NCBI RefSeq assembly: GCF_036971445.1
Contig: NC_091476.1
Coordinates: 139,314,001-139,378,000 of the forward strand
DNA: 64,000 nt
DNA from: Narcine bancroftii
Lineage: Eukaryota
Reading direction: 5' to 3'
Both the position numbers and the translations under genes were made by a program. This document shows, one piece after another, positions 12,045-22,849 of the stretch (its first letter is position 1; each line of letters opens with the position of its first letter). The notes beneath the pieces are model-generated. The model was given only the letters and a program-made list of their open reading frames with translations, was not told the origin of the DNA and did not search any database.

Positions 12045-15000
12045 GAACCATAGAACATTATAGCACAAAACAGGACCTTCAGCCCTTCTAGTGTGTGTCA
12101 AACTATTATTTTCATTAGTCCCACTGACCTGCATCCAGTCCATACCCCTCCATACCCTTCCTACTTGTGTACCTGCCCAAATTATTTAATGTTTAAATTG
12201 AGCCCACATTTACCATTTCAGCTAGCAGCTCATTACACACTCCCACCATTTTGTGTAAAGGAGTTCCCCTATTGCACACATGTCAAATTCTGGCCCACGG
12301 GCCAAATTTGGCCCGCGATATAATTATATTTGGTCCGCAAGATCATATTAAATATATATTAGACTTGGCCCGCTGGCCGCCGCGCCAGTATAGCACATGC
12401 ACACTGAAGGTGAAAATGAAGACGCCGGAGGTGTGGAGGGATCTCAGAGTCCCGAATCCCGGGGATCGGAGCGCCGCACTCAGCCCGCCCGGCTCCCGGA
12501 CACACAGATGTGGATGGAGTTGGGGACCATCCTCGCTGGGTCTGCGCTTCAGCAGAGACGCCGGACCGAATGTCTTGTTGGCGATGCCTTCCCCCTCGCT
12601 CCTTTTGTTGGAGACGAGCCCGGCGCCGTGAGATCGCAGTTTAATCCCTCTCCAACAATGGGAGGGGGGTGGGAGCAACGCGCTCTTCTCAGCCAATTCC
12701 TCCACCGCCCCGGACGCCGGCGTTTCAACGGGGGGTTCGGGTGCCTTCATCAGGCGACCGACCTGTTGGTCCAAGACAAGGGGAGAGCGTACAAACTCCA
12801 CACAGACAGCACCTGAACTCAGGTGAACGTGGAGCTGCGACCCCACATTCCACATCAGGACTGTGTGTAAGATTGGGAGCAGTGAGACGGAAGCTTATTT
12901 TGTTCCTGTGATTTAAGCCTTTCTTGGGGTGGGGGGGGTCCTTCTCTGACCACTTGCCAAACAATGAACCTAATCAAATGTGGAGTTACCACAATACAAC
13001 AGTTCTCAACCTTTTTCTTTCCACTCGCGTCCCTGTGCCATTGGTGTTCTGTGATTAGTAAGGGATTGCTTAAGGTGGTCTGTGGGTGGGAAGAAAAAGT
13101 TTGAAGACCACTGCTTTAATCATCCCTCATTGACTCGTCATGTGCACGGTTTCAGAACGCTAAAGGAAATGGGCCAATGACAATTTTTCTCAAGCAAAAT
13201 ATTTCAGTAGCAATTGGGTCTAGAGCAGTGATTCTCACCCTTTCCTTCCCACTCACATCCCACCTTAAGCAATCCCTTACTAATTACAGAGTTCCGATGG
13301 CATAGGGCACACATGTCAACTCTGGCCTTTGGCCCGCGATATAATTATATTTGGCCCGCAAGATCATTTCAAAAATGTATTAGAGGTGGCCCGCTGGCCA
13401 CCGCGCCAGTATAGCGCATGCACAGTAATACAACAAATCCCCGAATGCATTGGCGTCAGCCTGCTAATCGCCCCCACCTCCTCTGTTTACGTTGCAGGGT
13501 CTCACTGTGGACTCTGGTTTTGGGGCCTGGCCGGTGTCAGGGGAAGCCAAGGCCGCTTCCCAGCACCCAGAACCGGAGGCCTCCGGCCTGACCTTGCCAG
13601 GACCGTTGCCCACTCCCCCTCCCTGCCGCAAGCCGATCCGCGACTCACGGTGACGGGGCCGCTGATCTGCTGAGATGCCGCCCTGCAGCGAGAGCCGATG
13701 CCCCCGCACTGTCGTTGTCCAACCCGATCACCCACAAACCCCGCCCTCCCACACACAGGTCTGAGTAAGTATTATGAACTTTAATCTCAGGATAAAACGA
13801 TCTTCCAATAGTTTCATGTCACAGTGATAAATATATTCCTGGTTAAAAATGGTCCTGCACCTGGATACAAGCTCATTAAGCATAAAACTTGAAAAGTGTG
13901 TAAATCAAAGGATATCTGTACCAATGGAAAAAGGGCATGGCAAATAACCTTGCTAGAGTTCATGCCCACAATCAGTCACCCATTTGATTGTTTCAGGAAT
14001 CATGTTATTCTCCCACATTCTCAATAGCCCTCAGATTTTACTATTCGACAGCACACTAGCAACATTTGACAAATCCTCTATAGAGAAATATTATTTATTG
14101 AATATTTTATTTCTCATTTGTTAATGCTTCTGGAAAGAGTTTATCCAAAACTATTATTAAACATTTATTTTAATAAGAAAAAGTTTAACATTACATATGT
14201 TGAAAGAAGAGAAAACATGCAGATGTTGTTGAAAATTTTCAATAAATATTTAGTTTGGCCCTCGACTTAGTCCAAGTTTTTAATTTTGGCCCTCCGTGAA
14301 TTTGAGTTTGACACCCCTGCCCTATTGTTTCCCCTTTCACTCTTAACCCATGTACTCTGGTTTGTATCTCACCTACCCTCAGTGGAAAAAGCCTACCCAC
14401 CTTTACTCTGTCACTACTCCTCAATATTAAATACCTCAATCTCCCCTTCTTCTTCTTCTTCTTCTATGCTCCAGGGAATAAAGTTCTAACCTGCTTTAAC
14501 TTTTCCTGTAACTCAGTTCCTGAAGTCCCAGCAACATCCTAGTAAATCTTCTCTGCACTCTTTCAATCCTATTAATAAATTTCCTGTCGATGGGTTACTA
14601 AAACTTCACACAATACTCCCAATTTGGCCTCACCAATGTCTTATATAACTTTACCATAACATCCCAACTTCAATACTCTGATTTATGAAAGCCAATATGC
14701 CAAATGCTCTCTTTATCACTCACTACCTGTAATATCATTTTCAGGGAATTATGTATCTGTATTCCTTGAATCCCTGTCTAAACACAGTACTCAGTGCCCT
14801 CCCATTTAGTGTGTCTGTTCTTTATTGGTTGTCCTTCCAAAATGCAACACTTCATACTTGTCTGCATTAAATTCCATCTGCCATTTTACATCTAGTCCAG
14901 ATCCCTCTGCAAGCTCTGAAAGCCTTCTGTGCTGTTTACAATGCCTCCAATTTTTGTGTCATCTGCAAACTTGCTTATCCAATTTACCACATTATCATCT

Positions 15001-15710
15001 AGATCATTGATATTGATGATAAACAACAATGGTCCCAGCACCGATCTCTGAGGCACACCACTAGCCATAGGCCTCCAGTCTGAGAAACAATCATCTTCTC
15101 CCACTCTCTGGCTTCTCCCATACAGCCGATGTCGATCCCAGTTTATACCCTCACCATGAATACATCTGAGCTTTCCTGACAAACTTCGCAGATGAGACCT
15201 TGACTGAAAACCATGTAGACAACATCAACAACCTTTCTTTCATCAACTTTCCAAGTAAGCCCCTCTAAAACCTCTATCAGATTGGTTAAACATGACCATC
15301 CATGCCCAAAGCCATGTTGAATATCCCTAATCAGGGATATCCAAACAATTGTATATCCAATCTCTTTGGACATCTTCCAATATTTACCTACTACTGACAT
15401 CAGGCTCACTGATCTATAATTTCCTGGGATTTTTTGGAGCCTTTTTAAACAACCGAACAGCGTGAGCTACCCTCCAATCCTCCTGCACCACTCTCATGAC
15501 TAAGGACAATTTAATTATTTCTGCCAGAGCCCCTGTAATTTTTACACTAGCCTCTCTCAAAGTTCAGGGAAAAATAGTGTCAGGCCTGGAGATTTATGCA
15601 CCTTTATTTGCTTTAAGACAGCAACCACTTCCTCTTCTTTAATCTGCACAAGATCTCAGTTTGTTTTCCTTTCTTCCCTCAACTCTATGCCAGTTTCCTG
15701 TGCAAACACT
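12045..15710 (-). mobile_element. CR1-type LINE 3' portion, interrupted by the hAT element at 12275-14319
   Basis: ORFs 14892-15182 (SGVPQRSVLGPLLFIININDLD...SKFADDTKIGG) and 15143-15409 (QHGF..GWSCLTNLIE...VDVVYMVFS). A typical CR1 3' tail lies near 12045-12090. Confidence 0.85.
12275..14319. mobile_element. Non-autonomous hAT-type element with an internal duplicate of its left end
   Basis: Perfect 8-bp TSD CCCTATTG (12267-12274 and 14320-14327). Termini are CACACATGTCAAATTC and (reverse complement) CAGGGGTGTCAAACTC, with subterminal TGGCCC repeats. A second left end starts at 13308. Confidence 0.88.
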
Positions 15711-15728
15711 GATTTGATTAATAGAGTA

Positions 15729-16921
15729 CAGGTACACAATCCTTTACCCAGAACCCATGAGGGACAGTGTGTTCCGAATTTCGGATTTTAGAAAGCTATA
15801 TTTAAGCCCATCCAAATTGTGCTGCCATATACACCCCACCCCTTCCAGTTACCCTGCCGCCGGTCCCTCGCCCGCCCGACTGGCGCCGCCGGTCCCTCGC
15901 CCGCCCGACTGGCGCCGCCGGTCCCTCGCCCGCCCGACTGGCGCCGCCGGTCCCTCGCCCGCCCGACTGGCGCCGCCGGTCCCTCGCCCGCCCGACTGGC
16001 GCCGCCGGTCCCTCGCCCGCCCGACTGGCGCCGCCGGTCCCTCGCCCGCCCGACTGGCGCCGCCGGTCCCTCGCCCGCCCGACTGGCGCCGCCGGTCCCT
16101 CGCCCGCCCGACTGGCGCCGCCGGTCCCTCGCCCGCCCGACTGGCGCCGCCGGTCCCTCGCCCGCCCGACTGGCGCCGCCGGTCCCTCGCCCGCCCGACT
16201 GGCGCCGCCGGTCCCTCGCCCGCCCGACTGGCGCCGCCGGTCCCTCGCCCGCCCGACTGGCGCCGCCGGTCCCTCGCCCGCCCGACTGGCGCCGCCGGTC
16301 CCTCGCCCGCCCGACTGGCGCCGCCGGTCCCTCGCCCGCCCGACTGGCGCCGCCGGTCCCTCGCCCGCCCGACTGGCGCCGCCGGTCCCTCGCCCGCCCG
16401 ACTGGCGCCGCCGGTCCCTCGCCCGCCCGACTGGCGCCGCCGGTCCCTCGCCCGCCCGACTGGCGCCGCCGGTCCCTCGCCCGCCCGACTGGCGCCGCCG
16501 GTCCCTCGCCCGCCCGACTGGCGCCGCCGGTCCCTCGCCCGCCCGACTGGCGCCGCCGGTCCCTCGCCCGCCCGACTGGCGCCGCCGGTCCCTCGCCCGC
16601 CCGACTGGCGCCGCCGGTCCCTCGCCCGCCCGACTGGCGCCGCCGGTCCCTCGCCCGCCCGACTGGCGCCGCCGGTCCCTCGCCCGCCCGACTGGCGCCG
16701 CCGGTCCCTCGCCCGCCCGACTGGCGCCGCCGGTCCCTCGCCCGCCCGACTGGCGCCGCCGGTCCCTCGCCCGCCCGACTGGCGCCGCCGGTCCCTCGCC
16801 CGCCCGACTGGCGCCGCCGGTCCCTCGCCCGCCCGACTGGCGCCGCCGGTCTCTCGCCTCACTTGCCAAATTTTGGAGCTTTCTTGAATTTTAGATGTCC
16901 AGATAAAGGATTGTGTACCTG
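15729..16921. mobile_element. Tigger/pogo-like MITE containing a GC-rich tandem array
   Basis: 18-bp TIR CAGGTACACAATCCTTTA / TAAAGGATTGTGTACCTG, with a TA TSD at 15727-15728 and 16922-16923. Confidence 0.9.
15856..16858. repeat. 29-bp minisatellite, 34 full units plus a partial unit
   Basis: Unit is CGCCGGTCCCTCGCCCGCCCGACTGGCGC. GGT recurs every 29 nt from 15862 to 16848. The unit is 25/29 GC with 6 CpG, and the ORF track shows identical 29-aa repeats. Confidence 0.98.
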
Positions 16922-16959
16922 TATTACTCCCAAGGACAGCAAACACAGTTCATTTCTAA

Positions 16960-19900
16960 TCACTCTTAAGAATAGGAGCAATGGGGGTGGGGGTTGCCCG
17001 GCCGAACTTAAACAAATGTGTTTTGGTTGAGTTCTCGTGAAGAACATCAAAAAGACAGTTAAAATCTCAAAATCAAGAATTTTTTCTCCAAATATTGATA
17101 AAGCAAGAACCAAGAGACCAAGGCAGCAAAAAAAAAAAAAAGCCAAGGAAGTTTCTACTTAGCCAGGAACATAGTGAAAGCTCAAAAAGGACCGGCGTAA
17201 GAGTGACCTTGCGACCGGCAGACCCGGGCAGAGATGAGGAGTCAGGACAAAACTAAATATTATCAACGTGAAATTTTGAGTAATTGATTTTCAGGCGAAA
17301 CTGTAATGAGAGACATCTGAGAGGATGACTGAAATTAAATAAATAATTGAAGATTTAATGCTGTTACGAGTCCAGAGGACACCATAACCCAGCAGCCATA
17401 GAAATACACCAAAACGAATGGTTACTTAACAAAAGTTGCTTTTAATTATCTTTAAACATAAAAACAGGATCAAACTTTAACTTATTAAACTTAACTTCAC
17501 CTAACTTAACCCCCTTCAAATTCTAAGTTCATGTGTATATGTTCAGGAAAGTTCTTTGATTCACAGTCCAATTTCACTTCTCACTTCTCCAAGGTCACCA
17601 GTATCAGGCAATTCTTATACTGTGCACAGAATGAACATTTATGAATTTTCACCAGGCTCTGGTGCTGAAAGGTAAATGATTACCACTCACGGAGGTTCTT
17701 GTTGGTTTCAGAGAGAGAGTTGTTTCTCATTGGACACACACAAACTGATTCCCTCTGATTAGCCACTTCGGTGTCTTACCAAAGAAACTTACCCCATCAT
17801 GGGTTTTCCAAATGATAACCTCTTCTTTCAGGTCACCACAGAATTCCTCTTGTTTCCCTTATTTTAGGAGAAACACTTGCCAACCATTTCCTCTTGTAAG
17901 GACAACAAGGGTTTCAACAGGTTGAACTCAGAACTCACAACCCATCTTCAAAATGGGGTTTCCAACAAGCCTGCCAGTGTGCCATGTTGCAGTCTCCCAA
18001 ATGCTACTGCAGAAGTGTAGAACTGAATTCTCTGTCTCACTCTCTGCTTGCAAAACCACATGACCCCTATTGGAACAACAAACTGCAACCAGACAGATTG
18101 CTGGCACTAGAATAGTTTGTGAGCCTGGGCATCTGTTGCTTTAAAGGAGCAATTTACTCCACCACATCAGTCAAATTAACACCTACTTGTGATGTCTCCA
18201 TTGGCATTCTTCAAAGTATCTGTGAAGTCACTGTGGACGTGAAGTCCCTCTTTCAACAAAGCTCTTGAATTTTAAATGAGATCTCTCTTATGATGTGTTA
18301 CTCTGTGAAGTGACCTACACACTAAACCCCCACAATCTATCTCTTTTAAAGACATATTTAAATATAATATACCCTGTAACAATGTAAAGAATGACCCAAG
18401 TAGAAATAGACTTGGTAAATATACAAGATAAGCTAAAAGCAATGGAAAAAGATGTGAAGAAATGGGAGTTGGACAGACAAGGTCTGCTGGACAAGATCAA
18501 CTACATGCAAAATTTTAGCAGGCGAAATAATGTTCGAATTATTGGACTGAAAAAAGGGATTGAGGGGAGAGCTCCAGTGACCTTCTTTGAAACATGGATC
18601 TAACAAGTGCTGAGAGAAGACAAATTCAGAGAAAAACTACATATTGAAAGGGCTCACTGAAAGCTCGGACCCAGAACAGCCAACAATCAGCGACCACGAC
18701 CAAACCTGGTAAGACTTTTGCATTACAGGGAAAAAGATACAATTCTAGGGGCAGCATATGGATACTCAAAGCAAAATAATGACCGCCCGTGATTGATCAT
18801 TAAAAAGTGATTTTTTTTTTTTAAAATCAAGATTTTAGTCCTACTTTGATTAAACAAAGGAAGGAGGTTGACGATCTAAAAAGACAATTGTATTCTAAAA
18901 ACTTGAAATATTTGATGATATACCCCATGACTCTGAGGGCCAAAATAGCAGAAGGTAATCAGCGATTTTTCAAGACTAAGAACAAAGTGGAAGACTTCTT
19001 GCAAGCATTATGAAAAGATCAAGGTTACCAAAGAAGAAGACTGTGAAGAATATTTATAATGGGACTAAGTAAAAGTTGTATTTGTGTTTCAACAATGGTT
19101 AAAAAGGAAATTTTATTGAAGTGTTCATGGAAAACTCAGAAAAGAGGAACTCTGGTCTAAAGGGGAGAATGGCACCAGGAGAGGAGTATCTAAAAGATGG
19201 CACTAAAAAGAGGGGTAGTTCTTCTTCGAATGATTCCGTGGGCTTTTGGAGTTTCCTGTTAACATCTCCGTCAGGGCAGGGGACATTGTATGTGTTTTTT
19301 TTTAAAAAAGGGAAAGATCACTATTATTTAAACAAATGAAAAGGCTTTATTGTTAAATATTATTTAAAAATTGATATGGATAGAATGTTATAATTCATTA
19401 GTTTTAATGTTAATGAGATAAACAGACAGTGGAAAGGAAGCAGGTCTTGGCATACCTAAAAAAAAAGGCAGATATAGTCTTTCTACAAGAAACACATCTT
19501 ACCAAATCGGAACATGCTAAATTAAAAAGAGGATAGGTGGCACAAGTAATATAGTCTTCATTTGGTTCAAAAGGAGAAGCGATTTTAATAAAAATATACC
19601 AATAATTATAGAAGAGACATTGACCAAACGGAAGATTTGTAATGGCACATTGTAAAATTTATGCAGAATCATGAACACTTATGAACATTTATGCTCCGAA
19701 TTATGACAATGAGGCTTTTATGAAGGACATCTTTTTAAAAACAGCAGAGGGAAGACAAAATATATTGGCCAGAGGAGAATTTAATTTCTGTTTAGATCCA
19801 ATATTGGATAAGTCATCCAAAACAGTAACAAGGGCAAAAGCTATAAAAACGACACTATCATTTATGAAGGATTTAAATTTGATTAATGTATGGAGGTAAC

Positions 19901-20975
19901 TTAACCCCGTAGAAAGAGACTATTCAAGGGTACATGATTCACATACAAGGATTGATTTGTTTTTGTCTGCCCAGTTAAAAAGTAGAGTGGTAAAAACAGA
20001 ATATTTGGCGAGACTTATCAGATCATTCACCATTAACTTTAACTATTGAAATAATGGATAAACAAGAAAATGTGTATAGATGATGTCTCAATGCCACACT
20101 GTTGAGAAGGAAAGACTTTTGCAAGTTTATTAAGAGACAGAACCATTTTGTGAAACTAATCTTTCTTCTACTGCTAAGAGCTTTATAATATGGGATATGC
20201 TTAAAACTTATCTAAGAGAAATTATTTCTTATACAAAAAAATCTTGAGAGAATATGCTACAAAGTTGAATGGTTTGGAGAAAGATATAACAAAACTGGAA
20301 AAATATCAAAGAACTGGGTTACAAGAGAAATATAGACTATTAGAGAATAAAAATCTGAGATATGACATTACAAACATTTTGAACAGAACTATATTAAAAA
20401 CTAAAAAATATGAATTATGAGATCTTGCACACAGAGTTCCATCTTGGCAGGTTAGGGTAGAGGAGTCATCTAGGATAATAAAAACAGAGGTTGATATTAT
20501 ATAATTGAAAATAAATAAATAATATTTTTGACATTAGACAAAACTATATAAATCAGAATGATTAGGAGATGAAAATGAGATGGATGAATTTTTAGAAAAT
20601 ATTGAACTTCCAAAATTAGAAAATAAGAATGGGTTGATTTAGATGCCCCTTTCACAAGATAAGAAATTTAGAAAGCTTTGAGCACTTTACAAACTATTAA
20701 ATGGGTAAGATGTACAGAAATGTAAAGACTTGCCAATTACTTTAGTGGGAAGAGTAAATTGTATTAAAATGGTTATACCAAGATTACAAAATTTTTTTCA
20801 ATCATGGCCTATTGCTCTACCTAAAAATTTCTCTAAATTATTAAATAATAAGGCAATTCCTATGGAAAAACAAAGTGCCGAGAATTCCATTGGAAAAGCT
20901 TACATGGTATGATAAACTGGTAGGATTTAGGCTTCTGGACTTTAAGAAGCATTATTTAGCAGCACAAACTAGATT
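16960..20975 (+). mobile_element. Decayed L1-clade LINE (ORF1, endonuclease, post-RT region; RT core absent)
   Basis: ORF1 motif NFSRRNNVRIIGLKKGIE (18391-18603), endonuclease motifs (FLQETHL near 19480, NIYAPN at 19681) and post-RT LPITLVGRVNCIKM (20730). Boundaries are approximate. Confidence 0.85.
17362..18381 (-). mobile_element. Solo LTR (1020 bp) inserted in L1 ORF1
   Basis: TGTTAC...GTAACA termini with 4-bp flanks ATGC/ATGT. Homologous to 55641-56651 in the opposite orientation. Confidence 0.85.
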
Positions 20976-20994
20976 TTTTTTTTAAATCATGGGA

Positions 20995-22055
20995 ATGAGA
21001 GTTTATTGTCATGAATAAGTCATGAAATTCAATGTTTTCTGGCAGCATCTGTAAGGTAAAAACAGCATGAGATGGGACCGGAGAAGGAGTCACCCAGTAC
21101 TAAGGAGTAACAGAATGCAGATGTGACCTTGTACACTCAAGATAAGCTTTGCACTAACAAGAATGATGTGCAGGAAACTAGCAGAGAAGGACAGCAACAG
21201 CTTATTCATTGGACAATGTCATGGTATGATAATTTACTAAGTACGTATCCTAAGGTATATAAAAAACACCACTTGCTGATAACGGCAGAATGCGCCTTCT
21301 CCAACTAACTGTTAGTTGCAAGTGTTACAATCCGGCAATAAAGAACAAAGAACCTTGATTTCGACTCAGTCTGGTGTTTGACTCACTCATTCATGAACAA
21401 AGCAGACCTAACACCTCGCTGTGCAAACATACATTTTATGGCCATCTTATGATAACTATAAAAAAAATAAAATAATAATAATAGTGCATGAAAAGTAAGG
21501 CAGTGCCTTTGGTTCAGTGATTACTCAGGAATCTGATGGCAGCGGGGGAAAAGATGACCTTGTGGAGCTGGATACTTGTCTTTAGGCTCCTGTGCCTTTC
21601 CCCCTCAATGGTAGTAGTGATGAGGGCATGGCCTGAATGGTGTGAGCCTTTGAGGATAGAAGTTGCTTTTTTAAGACAGTGTCTCGAGTAGATGTCCTCA
21701 TTGGAGTGAAGTCTGGTGCCTGTGATGTCGGAAACCAAGTTAACAACCCTCTGGAATTTTTTTCTTGTCCTGAGAGTTGACACTTCCATACCAGGCAGTG
21801 ATGCAATCAGCCAGAATGCTCTCCATGGTTCATCTGTAAAAGTTTACAAGTCTTTGGTGACATTCCAAACTGCCTCAGACCCCTCTAAAGTATAGCCACT
21901 GGCAAGCCTTCTTTGTGATTGTATCAACGTGGAGGCTCCAGGATGGATCCTCAGAGATGTTGACACATGGGAGTTTGAAGTTCTTGACCCTCTCCACTAC
22001 AGAGCCCTCGATGAGGACTGGGTCATGCTCCCGACTTCCTCCTGAAGTCCTTTGA
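20995..22055 (-). mobile_element. Rex/Babar LINE 3' fragment, interrupted by a small solo LTR
   Basis: ORFs 21875-22114 (VERVKNFKL..VNISED.SW..H...ITKKACQWLYF) and 21514-21789. Same family as the copies at about 27.2 kb and 33.6 kb. Confidence 0.85.
21050..21413 (+). mobile_element. Short solo LTR (364 bp)
   Basis: Termini TGTAAGGT...ACCTAACA (7/8 inverted match), TATATAAA near 21257, AATAAA near 21337 and flanks CATC/CCTC. It interrupts sequence that is contiguous in sister LINE copies. Confidence 0.75.
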
Positions 22056-22849
22056 AGATAGTCACGCTTCTTGAATCCGAATGGGATTGTATTCAATAAA
22101 AGAGGGGACAGCAAAGGACTTTATTTATAAATGGAATGCTAAGATAATAACAAAAATAGATAACACTATATTAATACATATGATTAGAATATGGCAAAAA
22201 ATTAATGAGTGTATGGGGAAAAAAAGCAGGGATATCACTAAGAACACCATTATGTAAAAATGTGTTGCTCCCCAGAAATCTGGGAAACAAAATATTGAAT
22301 TCCTGGGATGACAAAGGAGTAAGATATATTGATAATTGCTATGTTGAAGCTTCCTTGGATGGATCAGTCTTGCTAATGTGATAGGATACACCAGGAATTG
22401 CAATGGAAAAGTCTAGTATATGCAATGTTTATGTGCCCGTCCAACTAAATCAGGATTTTATTCTCTAGTGTACAGAAGAAAAAGTACATGCTCCCTATCA
22501 TCTGTAGAGGAATGTTTCAGTTATTCTCAAGTCCACAAAAATTTTTTAAAAAAAGGAAATTTTAAAAATATACTTGGTTTTTTAGCCCCAATTCCTTTCC
22601 TGAAAGTAATGATATAGTGGTAAAAACATAACTTCCCTCTTACTCCCAAGTTAAAATTAGAGTCAGACCAAATTATGTCAGTGTCTGGCATGCATCAGCA
22701 GAAAAGTTGCCAACTTTGAAATGAGGTCCATGAATCCTATTCACTCGGTTCCAAAAAAACCCAGCAGTGATCATCTTCTGGTCTCTCCAGAGTTATGGAA
22801 GTACCTTGAACAACTAACTGTGCAGCCACCTAGATTCTGGTGGATAGAC

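Noticed and set aside
12251-13756. ORFs inside the hAT element as a transposase or captured gene
   Set aside because: No BED, DDE or hAT dimerisation motifs and no recognisable host protein.
15856-16858. Possible CRISPR array
   Set aside because: The units are contiguous with no unique spacers, there are no cas genes, and the context is eukaryotic.
15757-17030. Four long ORFs (355-403 aa) on both strands
   Set aside because: They result from a stop-free 29-bp repeat inside a MITE. There is no protein family signature.
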